The notes: a model not told the origin generated them from the sequence alone. 63,928 nucleotides of DNA, filler included, from Octopus bimaculoides (GCF_001194135.2; 5 parts of 5 records of this genome joined end to end with filler, not necessarily neighbours in it); one strand, 5' to 3'. Numbered from the whole stretch's first letter, positions 51,085 to 63,385 are shown. Translations and numbers: made by a program.

Positions 51085-52270
51085 GTTTTTTTTTAATACA
51101 TATGTGAGTTCATCGAAGCCCATTTACTTGTTTGTATATGTTTGCTTATATCTTTCTTCTCTTCATGTCATTTGTTCAAGAATTCATTGTGTCTTTCAAA
51201 TGTATTTTCTTGTTTCACGTTGTATACCTAACGTGATATTATGTAGAATGAAAAAATGTGTGATATTTTGATAAACATCCAGATATATAGTGTGAAAATG
51301 AATGGATATTTATCATATATATTTACGCACGTTTCTATATTTAATAATACATGCAAAATAGTACTAACAAAGTTCCAATTGAGAGAAACTAGACGTGAAC
51401 TTCACAATTTATTGATAGTATATAACTACTGATTATACAAAAATATATGTTCGCTTATCGGAAAGCTATATTTTGGGCTAACAGAAAACTGCATTATTTT
51501 TATACGTATAATTGGCTAAGGTTGATGTTATATAATCGAGTAGAATTCTACTTTTTACTTTATTTTATTTGATTTATTCGACATTTTGTTCATAATAGTA
51601 AATTTTAATTAGTTTCATTACATGTGAGAATACATTAAAAAATTTCTCTTCGATGGTGCACTCTTAATAAATGTGTCAGTTATATTGGAGCCTGTCCATT
51701 TTGCATTTTCACAGCGGCCTTAATGGTGTTCAGTTTGCTTCTATAAACTAATACTAAAATACTATATTCAGCCTGCCTATAACGTTGAAGTACGCTAAAT
51801 ATAGTCATGTAGCAACTTTAAATATATAACATACTTCATAAAAAAAATATTGAGCAATGTTTCATAATATGACACCTCCCATAGGAGACAAATTTTTGCA
51901 TTGTAAAATTGGTTACATTTACATTTCTATGACCAATATTCTAAATGAGTATGCATATCCAAATTGTGTTGGCACACAATTCATTTCCCTGAGGGAACAA
52001 AATAACTGACAGATAGAAGGAAAGTCGTTCACTGTAGTGTAATCGAGTTCCGATCGCAAATTGTACAAGATATTAATCGGTGGCCAATGGGAAACTGAAG
52101 ATCCTGAAGGTAGGATTGGTCATTGGAGGCTACCATAATGTTGGAGTGAAATTAACTAAATCTCATGTATACTTACAAACAATTCTCGTCCTGTATTTCC
52201 ATAGATATTACACACACACGCCCGCACGCCCACACACAAACATACATATGTGTATGTGTGNNNNNNNNNN

Positions 52271-53070
52271 CTCTGGAGGCGCCACCAAGAAACTTCCCAG
52301 GAATGGGACCAAAATATAACATACGAGACGGGCTCGAGATAAGACCGTTAGTGGACGGACGAGGGATAAAACAATAAACAGAGTAAGGGCTTAGGCCCAG
52401 ACGAAGAAAACTATTAAAAATAATAAACATAATAATACATATAAAACAAAAAATGCCTTTGGGCTCAAAGACTGAGGAAGTGGTTATCGCAATGGTGAAG
52501 TGAAAACTGTCCTAAAATACTATAGAGATGGGAAGAGTACAGCAAGGAGCAAAGAGAATCGTGACCGGTCCCATCCTAGCCAACGCGAAAAAGAATAATA
52601 CAGACATTGATCGTCACTTGATAGTAGGAGGAGGGTAACAAGGAGGAAAATAGAGGAAGTGAGAGAGGGGGAAAAATTAAAAGTGAAGGGACGGAGTGGC
52701 ACAAAATTATGCGAAGAATATTTCTACAAATAGGAAATAATCGAGGAGTGCGTGCGTACATGAATACTATTTCCAGGATTAAATAAGAAACAACCAAAGT
52801 AAATTTGACATATCTTTATATATATCATTTGAAATAAACGTATAGTAAATAAGCAAATGAACATGAATAGAAAACACAGATGGTCACCAAATCATCAGCA
52901 ATTACTAGCCAGAGTGCCGAACGAAATTTCAGCCGTCATCGATATGATTGCTTTCACTCTGGAGGGACCAGGAGGAAACTTGTGAGAATGGGACCAAAAC
53001 ATAACAAATGAAACAGGCTCGGGAGGAGACTGTTAATGGACAGACGAAAGAGAAAACAATAAAAAATTTC
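52271..53070 (+). repeat. Two diverged ~110-bp direct repeats (52271-52380, 52966-53070)
   Basis: Both share ctctggagg..gaaact..gaatgggaccaaaa.ataac..ggctcg..gac.gtta.tggac.gacga..ga.aaaacaataaa. Confidence 0.65.
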
Positions 53071-53246
53071 GGTCCCATTCTAGAGTGGAAACAATCTTAT
53101 CGATAATGGCTGAGATTGTGTTCGACTCATAACTGATGCTATATATAGTGAATCAAAACAATGAAAAACAAACAAGAAAAAACAATAACGCGAAGACGTG
53201 GCACAAGTACTGTGCCACAAGATGCTAAGGAAATGATGGAAAGAGA

Positions 53247-53281
53247 ATTTAACGTTTCGAGCCACGCTCTGAGTCAGAAAT
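53247..53281 (-). ncRNA. Degenerate hammerhead-like motif
   Basis: ATTT-CTGACTCA-GAGC gtg GCTC-GAAA-C-GTT-AAAT; stems intact, core G8/A9 positions mutated. Confidence 0.4.
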
Positions 53282-53770
53282 AGAGGAAAGTCCAGTGGAA
53301 GGAAGACGGACGAAGAAAATCGCCAACGATACACACGCGGTTACATATAGGTATGTATGTATATATATATATGCATATTCATATATATGTATATATATTT
53401 TTGACGAGTTGTTTTGAGAATTTGTTTTATTCAAGCGTGTATTTTTAATACAAGCAGATCTTAATACGAATAAGTGTATTTGTTTAATGAACGAGCTGTG
53501 ATAGTATAGTCCAGATTACAACGGCCAAAATAGGTCATATCCAATGTTCCATATACATGCAAACACTTAAACACACGAGCGCCCATGCGCACACACACAC
53601 ATGAGGAGTAGGTAGACAGCTGATAATTGATAAAGGGTCTTTTCTCTGAGTTTACGTGTCCTGTTTCCTATTTTTTTCCCATGGTTTGCATATTTCACTC
53701 GTTCGTCCCTCGTTTGTTTACGTATTTCATGTTATTTGCACAGACGGTCAAGTCCGGTACCCATAAATGC

Positions 53771-53806
<36 letters not shown>

Positions 53807-53897
53807 CTTATTATTTATTGTTTTACATTCCTCCATGGCAAGGTTTAATTTGTGTATACAAATTTAATTTGCGGTCCATGGGAAGAGCCGTTTTAAC

Positions 53898-53997
53898 NNN
53901 NNNNNNNNNNNNNNNNNNNNNNNNNNNNNNNNNNNNNNNNNTTAATTAATTAANNNNNNNNNNNNNNNNNNNNNNNNNNNNNNNNNNNNNNNNNNNN
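53898..53997. other. Artificial scaffold spacer 44N-TTAATTAATTAA-44N
   Basis: Same structure as the other spacers. Confidence 0.95.
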
Positions 53998-54352
53998 TAT
54001 ATACATATGGTGGTTGTCTACTCCTTAAACAGAGTTTGACCACCTCCTGCACCTACACCTTAGCCCTTTCATGGCGTCTGATGTGGCTTTTTAAACCAGA
54101 CAGTGTTTTGAAAAAACACCCACACAGATTGCACCTCTGATTTGCACTACCAATACCTGCAAGTAAGTTCTGCTCATTGTGGATCCTAACATGTCTTTTA
54201 AGACCCCCATTGGATTTGCAAACCCTCTGGCACACACCACATTCAAACGTGTGCACAGACATATAATCAGAATAGCTGGATGAGGTTTGTTTTCCATGGG
54301 TTCGCAGGTGAGATTTGAGGCCAGCCAAGGACAGACATGGTCTGTCACAGGC
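53998..54352 (-). mobile_element. 3' end of an RTE-like LINE encoding three tandem C2H2 zinc fingers
   Basis: CDRPCLSLAGLKSHLRTH, CGVCQRVCKSNGGLKRHVRIH and CNLCGCFFKTLSGLKSHIRRH (C-x2-C-x12-H-x3-H). Stop at 54053, ~55-bp 3' UTR, (TA)n tail. Confidence 0.7.
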
Positions 54353-54399
54353 ATACATACATACATACATACATACATACACCCCCACACACACATATA

Positions 54400-54672
54400 T
54401 ATGACACGTGATTAACCAGGCTATCAGATGTTGTTTCACATCGCTTGTCACAATGCGCCCTTTTGCATTATTTTAGCCATCAAATGATTCTACCCCGCTG
54501 GCTTGGTGAGCAGGCCACATTCCGTCCCCCCCACCCCGATCGAAAAGGGAAGCGGAGCAACTCGAAATGAAGTGTTTTGATCAAGAACACAACGCGTCGC
54601 CCAGTCGAGGAATCAAACCCATGATCTAGCGATCGTGAGTGCAACAGCTTAACCACTGGACCACGCGCCTTC
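54400..54672 (-). mobile_element. tRNA-head SINE, family D
   Basis: aggcgcgtggtccagtggttaagctg A-box, gggtttgattcc B-box, gttcttgatcaaaacacttc core. Confidence 0.78.
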
Positions 54673-55863
54673 ACACACAAACACACACGCCTGCGCGACA
54701 CACACACATATATATACATTGTGCGTGTATGTGCGCGCGCGTGTGTATATGTGTGTGTATGTGGACATGTATACACACACATATACACACACACACATCT
54801 TCCATAGGAGCTTGGATCCATATTCACTAAAACGATATATAATGCAGTATGTATGCTTATCTTAATGTATTCATCTTAATTATGTTTGAGCTATGCTTGT
54901 ATACTTATCACTCTGAAATTGGATTAATTTTTACAACTTCATCGAAGCCTTTCTATATTCGCACCAAGAAATATTCTCTGAATACGAAATATTTATTATC
55001 ATTCCTTTACACAACTGAATTTTTAATATTTTATTGTAAAAGCGAAGTACTTTCAAGTATAGACGTTTTAGACTCGGAGAGACGGGTGATATTTGAGTTT
55101 TCTAGAAATTTCGGCTGGTCTTATCAAATTTCGGTGGTTTCTAAAATTGTGTTCATATCAGGGCGTATAAAAGCCAGTAGCGCTCACATATTGACCACTT
55201 TATTACCTGCTATGAAGGCATCGTGTCTGCATCATTCTAGCTTCAGCAACTCGTACATCATTGGTCATTCTCCAAGCCTAGGTCTTCTCCATTATTATTC
55301 CCAATATCCATCTTTCAACCTTAAACAATCTTTACAGTTGTTGCCTATATCGCTACCCCTCGACCATTCGCTCATAACTTGCTCCCCGCTATATAGGATC
55401 TTTTCTGTTTGGCTGTTGCTGTGGAAATTTCAAAGTTTATTGAAAATTTTAAAATTTGGTGTATTAATGTAGTTTTCCAAGCTGAATCTCGGGAGATATT
55501 TCACTTTTTCCAGAAATTTTTTTTTTTAATAGTTAGAGTATTGTAATGTTTGATAATTTTCAACCAGTCAGAAAACAGGATTTGAAAGCTGTCAATTTGT
55601 GCGTGAAAGGACGAGTTGTCAACATTCTGAAAATAGCACGTGTTTTAATACGAAACTTTAAATAAATCAACTTCTGCTTTGCGCACGACATATAACCCCT
55701 CATAATTTGTTTTATTTCTTGGAATTTTAAGAAAATGTTTGCAGGTTTGTATTCTACATATATTATACATATATATCGCCATGCTAGATCGCTAACCACT
55801 ACGTGCATTTTTATTCTCTCCTTGTTTCTCTCCTTGTTTCTCTCCTTGTTTCTTTCTGTGTTC

Positions 55864-55899
55864 CTTTCTGTGGAAGAGCGTAGGCTCGAAACGTTAAAG
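55864..55899 (+). ncRNA. Hammerhead-like motif in a Penelope-type repeat (about 55855-55990)
   Basis: CTTT-CTGTGGA-A-GAGC gtag GCTC-GAAA-C-GTT-AAAG; stems I and II intact, ACGU palindrome, A6 replaced by U. Confidence 0.52.
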
Positions 55900-56390
55900 A
55901 CTTTTTCAATTCCCGAGCGTTATACTAATACATCTGTTTGTTTACTACACCACCTGTCTTCGTCTGTTGTTTTTTGTGAATTCTCCCTATATNNNNNNNN
56001 NNNNNNNNNNNNNNNNNNNNNNNNNNNNNNNNNNNNNNNNNNNNNNNNNNNNNNNNNNNNNNNNNNNNNNNNNNNNNNNNNNNNNNNNNNNNNNNNNNNN
56101 NNNNNNNNNNNNNNNNNNNNNNNNNNNNNNNNNNNNNNNNNNNNNNNNNNNNNNNNNNNNNNNNNNNNNNNNNNNNNNNNNNNNNNNNNNNNNNNNNNNN
56201 NNNNNNNNNNNNNNNNNNNNNNNNNNNNNNNNNNNNNNNNNNNNNNNNNNNNNNNNNNNNNNNNNNNNNNNNNNNNNNNNNNNNNNNNNNNNNNNNNNNN
56301 NNNNNNNNNNNNNNNNNNNNNNNNNNNNNNNNNNNNNNNNNNNNNNNNNNNNNNNNNNNNNNNNNNNNNNNNNNNNNNNNNNNNNNNNNN

Positions 56391-56487
56391 AAAGTTTCAA
56401 TGTTGACAAATTAAAATGTTTCAATGTTGACAAACTAAAATGTTTCAATGCTGACAAATTAAAATGTTTCAATGTTGATAAATTAAT
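56391..56487. repeat. 24-bp minisatellite, about 4 copies, abutting a gap
   Basis: (aaaatgtttcaatgttgacaaatt)n. Confidence 0.9.
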
Positions 56488-56824
56488 ATGTTCAAAACAG
56501 GTGTAAGTTTGAATGTTTATAACAGTCAATAAAATTAAAACTTTATCTCAATTTGTTTGAATGTACAAAGTTCATTAATTTTAGTGGTGGTCGACAAGTT
56601 ATACTGAAAAAAAACAAGTGTGAAATGAAAATAGTAAAAAAATGGGAATTTGGTTTACAGTTTTTCTGATCCTCTTCTACTAGATGCTTTCGCTTGTAGT
56701 GGTATGCTTTGGGATCAGATGAATTTATAATTTTTTTCCGCGAGCGGATCTTATGTTTGATTCGTTAAAATTCTGGTGACGTTTTTTCTTTTTCTGTTCC
56801 GTGGTCATTTCGTTGAAGTTCGGT

Positions 56825-57285
56825 TAGCACGGCTTATGGTAAAGAAAGTCGCTTTGTAATCACGTGGTTTCGGGGTCAGTCCCACTGTGCGGCACCTTGG
56901 GTCACCTTGGGTCACCTTGGGTCACTTTGGGCCACCTTAGGCAAGTGTCTTCTACTATAGACGCGATCGCACTGTAGCCATGCTGGGGCATCGCTTTGCA
57001 GGGCTTAGCCTTGTGTGAGTAAATGTGGTTGACGGAAACTCTGTGGAGCCCATCCTATACATGTGTGTGTGTATCTACACACCTACACGTTTGTCCTATA
57101 CCGCTTACGTCATCGTAACTTTGCTTACGTAATTCGTAACCTAGCCGTTCATCAGAAAAAAAAAATGATAGAATAAGCATCTAAACTTGAAAAAAGAAAA
57201 CAAGTGCTGGAGTAAGTTTGTTCGACTAAGTTCTTCAAGGCGGTGCCCCAGCACGGCCGCAGTTCAATGGCTGAAACAAGTAAAA
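56825..57285 (+). mobile_element. SINE family B copy with an internal 10-bp tandem expansion
   Basis: Head cacgtggtttcggggtcagtccc, (caccttgggt)x5 at 56893-56942, tail ggtgccccagcacggccgcag..tgaaacaagtaaaa. Confidence 0.85.
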
Positions 57286-57303
57286 TCATGTGTGCGAGTG
57301 CGA

Positions 57304-57366
<63 letters not shown>

Positions 57367-57904
57367 AGTGAGTGAGTGAGTGAGTGAGTAAATGAGTGTG
57401 AATCTCGAACACACCAGAGATCTCAAGTGAGAAACTTTTCTACAGCAATCAAAACCATCTCTGGTTCTCTTCTGCCAATTGTAATTCTACTCAAGTTAGA
57501 AGATNNNNNNNNNNNNNNNNNNNNNNNNNNNNNNNNNNNNNNNNNNNNNNNNNNNNNNNNNNNNNNNNNNNNNNNNNNNNNNNNNNNNNNNNNNNNNNNN
57601 NNNNNNNNNNNNNNNNNNNNNNNNNNNNNNNNNNNNNNNNNNNNNNNNNNNNNNNNNNNNNNNNNNNNNNNNNNNNNNNNNNNNNNNNNNNNNNNNNNNN
57701 NNNNNNNNNNNNNNNNNNNNNNNNNNNNNNNNNNNNNNNNNNNNNNNNNNNNNNNNNNNNNNNNNNNNNNNNNNNNNNNNNNNNNNNNNNNNNNNNNNNN
57801 NNNNNNNNNNNNNNNNNNNNNNNNNNNNNNNNNNNNNNNNNNNNNNNNNNNNNNNNNNNNNNNNNNNNNNNNNNNNNNNNNNNNNNNNNNNNNNNNNNNN
57901 NNNN

Positions 57905-58535
57905 GGCTTGTGAAAGTTATGTCCACCAAATGATTCTGTAAACTACGAAATAAATGGTAGTCTGAAGGAGTAAGGTCGGGAGAATAAGGTGGATGATGAT
58001 TTTTTTCCCAACCAAGCTCTTCAATCTTCTGTGCTGTGATCTTTGCAGTGTGGGGTCGCGCGCGCATTGTCCTGATAAAACATCACACCCTTTCGATTCA
58101 CTAAAACGGGTCTTTTTTCTTCAAAACTTGGGTCAAATGCTCTAATTGCTGACAGTAGACTCGAGCAATGATTGTTGCATTAGGTGGTAACAATTCAAAG
58201 TGAATTACTCCTTTGCAATCCTACCAGATAGAGAGAAGAACCTTTTTTCCATGAAGTTCCCTTCTCGGTTGTGGTTGAGCTTTCTCTTTTACCAAGCCAC
58301 TGTTTACGACGTTTCGATAGAAGATCCATTTTTCGTCACAAGTCACAAGTCTATCCAAAAAGGGTGAAAAGTGTTCGCGAGAATGGAGAGAAGAGCAGGT
58401 GTGAACTCAGGATTTGCGGTTGCTTTCGGACATTTCATGAGGCACCCATTTTCCAAGTTTAGGAAACTTTCCAAGTTGTTGAAGATGATAAACAGTTGTA
58501 TGGTTTCAACTAAGCTTTATTGCCAATTCTTCAAC
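57905..58535 (-). pseudogene. Mariner (DD34D) transposase pseudogene fragment
   Basis: KLGKWVPHE, DRLVTCDEKWIFY, QDNA(R)PH and HPPYSPDLTPSDYHLFRSLQ. Spacing is 34 residues after frameshift correction. Stops and frameshifts present; flanked by gaps. Confidence 0.93.
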
Positions 58536-58635
58536 NNNNNNNNNNNNNNNNNNNNNNNNNNNNNNNNNNNNNNNNNNNNTTAATTAATTAANNNNNNNNN
58601 NNNNNNNNNNNNNNNNNNNNNNNNNNNNNNNNNNN
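58536..58635. other. Artificial scaffold spacer 44N-TTAATTAATTAA-44N
   Basis: Same structure as the other spacers. Confidence 0.95.
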
Positions 58636-58712
<77 letters not shown>

Positions 58713-59132
58713 TTAGGTATGTATATATATATATATATATATATATACTTTCATACTTATTATATATGCAGCTGTGCAGCTCATTGTGCAGCAGTATATA
58801 AATTAATTTCTTTGATGTTACTCAAATTATCTTCGCTTCTTTTATGTCACATAATCTTTCTACGGCCCAATTCAGAAAATAAGTGACAGGCAGATTCGGC
58901 CTGATCGGAGACTAATGAGAAGAAAAATTACTGCAGTATACTTCCTAATCACATGACGGCAATAAATTATGCTTCAACCGGAAAATAATCTGGAAAATAA
59001 TGTCTAAGTATTATTAGATATGGATAGTACATGTATGCATGCAAATACATACGTGGGTATGTGTTCTTGTTTGTGTGCGTGCTTATATACACATGCATAC
59101 ATACATAAATACATACATACATACATATATAC

Positions 59133-59205
<73 letters not shown>

Positions 59206-59211
59206 CAGACA

Positions 59212-59261
<50 letters not shown>

Positions 59262-59833
59262 NNNNNNNNNNNNNNNNNNNNNNNNNNNNNNNNNNNNNNN
59301 NNNNNNNNNNNNNNNNNNNNNNNNNNNNNNNNNNNNNNNNNNNNNNNNNNNNNNNNNNNNNNNNNNNNNNNNNNNNNNNNNNNNNNNNNNNNNNNNNNNN
59401 NNNNNNNNNNNNNNNNNNNNNNNNNNNNNNNNNNNNNNNNNNNNNNNNNNNNNNNNNNNNNNNNNNNNNNNNNNNNNNNNNNNNNNNNNNNNNNNNNNNN
59501 NNNNNNNNNNNNNNNNNNNNNNNNNNNNNNNNNNNNNNNNNNNNNNNNNNNNNNNNNNNNNNNNNNNNNNNNNNNNNNNNNNNNNNNNNNNNNNNNNNNN
59601 NNNNNNNNNNNNNNNNNNNNNNNNNNNNNNNNNNNNNNNNNNNNNNNNNNNNNNNNNNNNNNNNNNNNNNNNNNNNNNNNNNNNNNNNNNNNNNNNNNNN
59701 NNNNNNNNNNNNNNNNNNNNNNNNNNNNNNNNNNNNNNNNNNNNNNNNNNNNNNNNNNNNNNNNNNNNNNNNNNNNNNNNNNNNNNNNNNNNNNNNNNNN
59801 NNNNNNNNNNNNNNNNNNNNNNNNNNNNNNNNN

Positions 59834-59918
<85 letters not shown>

Positions 59919-60884
59919 CGTTGATTTTATGTTAAACTGTCGTATATCCAAATATACGAAAATGGAGCTATATTTTAGCTAACGATATAAGAATTATTTC
60001 TTGCTTTAAAAAAACGGAAAATGGAGATTTGGTGTTCGTAGCTGACTGACAACCCTAACGAACGCCGACATGCATGAGGCTTACGATCCGATGATATCAT
60101 TCACTAACCTATTGTGTTTCCATATATCATCTACAAAGAGAATTTTCTCCGGGTCTATTTCCGCAGCAGAAAGGCCTTCTCATGTCCGAGTGCACTTGAA
60201 TGTGTTAAATATCAATTTACACGAATGCATATTATTTAGCGCTGCTTTGTACTACTTTATTTGTTTAATTCTAGCTTGAATTTTTACACACTTCAGCAAA
60301 TGTACCGTATGCTGTTCTAATGTGAGAATGAATTATAAAGAGTGAGGAATGAATTATTTGATGCAAATAGATTTCGTACATTGCAAGTGTTATTACGCAG
60401 AAATTAGGATATTACTCATTATGTGACGGGTAATTTTGGAGGTACATTTTTGCCACCATAGGTAATACCAGAAAATGTAGCTATGGAGTTTACTATCTTT
60501 CTACAAAAACTTTTCAGCATATTCGCAAGCTACTCCATTTGAAACTTATCTCTGGAAAAATTAGACTCCTCCCATAACGTTTCTGTCAGTAACTCCCCCT
60601 CCTCCTCTTTATTATTATTTCTCTCTTACTGTGTGTATAGCGCTCCTTTACTCATTGCCAGACCACAAGCCTAATACATATAAATGTCTTATACGTAGCT
60701 AATGTTTTGATGCTGCTTTAAATTTAAAGGAAATCAAATGAAAAAATGGTTTATAAAAAGATTCGAATAACCCTCCTGCAATCTTAAAAATATTAGTAGC
60801 CAATATTAGTAAATACATGTCGTCATCATTTTAAAATAAAACTGATTTCTGATTTCTTAGGTATAGAGCCTTAACTTAAGACGA

Positions 60885-61055
60885 AGGGAACAATCGATTA
60901 TACTTGCTTCAGTACTTTATTTTCATTTATCGATCGCAAAAGGATGAAAGACAAATTTGAACAATGGCAGGATTTGAACTTATAGCGTAAAGAACTCGGA
61001 CAACAGTAAAGCTTGCTATATGACGCTCTAACGATTCTACCAATTCACCTCACTA
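60885..61055 (-). mobile_element. SINE family A copy, degenerate
   Basis: aaaaggatgaaagacaaattt...caggatttgaact...ctaacgattctaccaattcacc. Confidence 0.65.
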
Positions 61056-61184
61056 GAAGACCTTCGTAATAATGGTTTCGCAATATGAGTCATACTAATA
61101 TTTTCAAGCGTATAAATCAAGTAATATTCTATGGCATTATTTACTATAAATGTTCGTTCACATATTGTTACGAGATTTCATGAT

Positions 61185-62090
61185 TTTTTTTTCATTTTTT
61201 TGATATAGCATAAATATAAGCTCTTTAACAGAAACATGATTAAGTTCATCTATTCTTTCTGTGATAACTTCACATGTTCCAACCACAAATTTCAGTAATG
61301 ATACAGATATTTTTTTCTGCTTATAACAGCTTCACTCCTAGTAATTATTCTCCAGTTTTGTTCAAGGGCAGATAAGTGGCGTGTGGTAAACTACAATCCT
61401 ATCTGACTGTAATATAATTAAAATATTTGAGAATGAGGTAAGATCAAGAATAACTGACTTCTACGGGAGCATCTACCTCCTAAATCTCAACTTTCACTGT
61501 TTTCGTGGTAATTGAGACTGCTTAACACAGCTTCTGTCCCACTTTAATGTCATCTAAATGCTTTGGGAGAAGCATTTAATACAGATGTTATATACCTTGA
61601 CTTCAATAATGCCTTCATCAGACAAAATCAGCCTCCTGTTGAAATAAAATGAAAAAGAAAACTAAAAACAGTGAAGCCCTTGGTAAGTGGCCTGTAATCC
61701 CAAGAACTGAACGTTCATCTAAAGCAGGGGTTGGCAAAGGGATAAATATCAATACCTGGTGGCGGGGATCTATGTGGCTATCCAAAGGGGCAATAAACAC
61801 CTAAAGCGATTATGAGTATTAAGGTAGATGCTCCCGTAGAAGTCAATTAGTCTTGATTTTATCACAGTCTCAAGTGCTTCAATTATATTAGAGTTAATCA
61901 GATAGGACGTTAGTTTACCGCATGACGCTTATCTCCCTTTTACGAGAAGTGATTCTGTTTTAAGTGGAAAAAATTATCTTTATTATTACTGAAAATTACG
62001 GTTGGAACATGTGAAGTTCTCACAGCGAGAATAGCTGAACTTAATCATGTTTCTATTAAAGAGCTTACATTTATGTTATATCGAGAAATC
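61185..62090. repeat. Long imperfect inverted repeat (~290-bp arms, ~340-bp spacer)
   Basis: For example gacttctacgggagcatctacct vs aggtagatgctcccgtagaagtc, and aacttcacatgttccaacc vs ggttggaacatgtgaagtt. Confidence 0.85.
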
Positions 62091-62631
62091 AATTATTTGT
62101 GAACCCAATCCAGAAGAGAATGGTAATTTAAAGCTAAAATTCATTAATATCAATGCATTTTTATCATATTCTCCAAACACTTACTTCAAATTAAATATGC
62201 CGACTATATCAATCTATGATTGAATTTTTATTGTCTTTATCAATTTCGTTAAGTATTTTCATTAAGTTTTTTTTTTTTAAATATTTCTTATTAAAAAGCG
62301 TTAATGACACAAAAAAACGAAGGAAATATTTAAGCATTTAATCTTATTATAGATATTATACTTGACAGGGGTCGATAAGTTATCAACGTTTCCATGATAA
62401 GGATCAGTGATATAAGTTTACTGATCTTTATTTAAGGTTATGAGAGAAAGCATGTTACTACTGGTATAACTGCACACATACCTGGCAAACGTCAGGTATG
62501 TGTGCATATGTTTTTTAATATTGGCCTCATCTGCAATTAGAACTAGCATGAAAATGGTGACGAAATGAAAGCAGATCATAATTACCGCATTGTTATCAGT
62601 AAAATAGAAGATTTCCAGAAGACTTTAATTT

Positions 62632-62965
62632 GAGAACAATGGCCCAGTGGTTAGAGCGTCGGACTCACAATCATGAGGTAATGAGTTCGATTCCCGGACC
62701 GGGCTGTGTGTCGCGTTCTTGATCAAGACACTTTATTTCACGTTGCTACAGTTCACTCAGCTGTAAAAATGAGTTGCGACGTCACTAGTTTCAAGCTGTA
62801 TCGGCCTTTGTTTTTACCTTGGAAAACATTGGTGGCGTAGAGAGGGGAGGCTGGTATACATGGGCGACTGTTGGTCTTCCATAAACTACCTTGCCCGGAC
62901 TTGTGCCTCGGAGAAGAACATTCTAAGTGCAATCCCATGGTCATTCATGACCGAAGGGGGCTTTT
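62632..62965 (+). mobile_element. tRNA-head CORE-like SINE, family D, near full length
   Basis: tggcccagtggttagagcg A-box, gagttcgattccc B-box, gttcttgatcaagacacttt..cactcagctgtaaaaatgagt core. Confidence 0.85.
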
Positions 62966-62999
62966 ACCCTTTATCCTGTATATGTATGTATGTATGTGT

Positions 63000-63385
63000 G
63001 GAGGCGTAATGGCCCAGTGGTTAGGGCAGCGGACTCGCGGTCATAGGATCGCGGTTTCGATTCCCAATCCGGGCGTTGTGAGTGTTTAATGAGTGAAAAC
63101 ACCTAAAGCTCCACGAGGCTCCGGCAGGGGATGGTGGCGAACCCTGCTGTACTCTTTCACCACAACTTTCTCTCACTCGTTCTTCCTGTTTCTGTTGTAC
63201 CTGTATTTCAAAGGGCCAGCCATGTCACACTGTGTCACGCTGAATATCCCCGAGAACTACGTTAAGGGTACACGTGTCTGTGGAGTGCTCAGCCACTTAC
63301 ACGTTAATTTCATGAGCAGGCTGTTCCGTTGATCAGATCAACTGGAACCCTCGACGTCGTAAGCGACGGAGTGGCCAACAATAAC
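63000..63385 (+). mobile_element. tRNA-head SINE, family C, near full length
   Basis: ggaggcgtaatggcccagtggttagggcagcg A-box, ggtttcgattccc B-box, distinct body, aacaa tail. Confidence 0.85.

Noticed and set aside
54849-55472. 207-aa ORF
   Set aside because: No recognisable domain or splice context; its composition looks like the antisense of a decayed element.
62632-63075. tRNA-like heads at 62632 and 63000 as tRNA genes
   Set aside because: A/B boxes are present, but there is no closed acceptor stem and they continue into SINE bodies.
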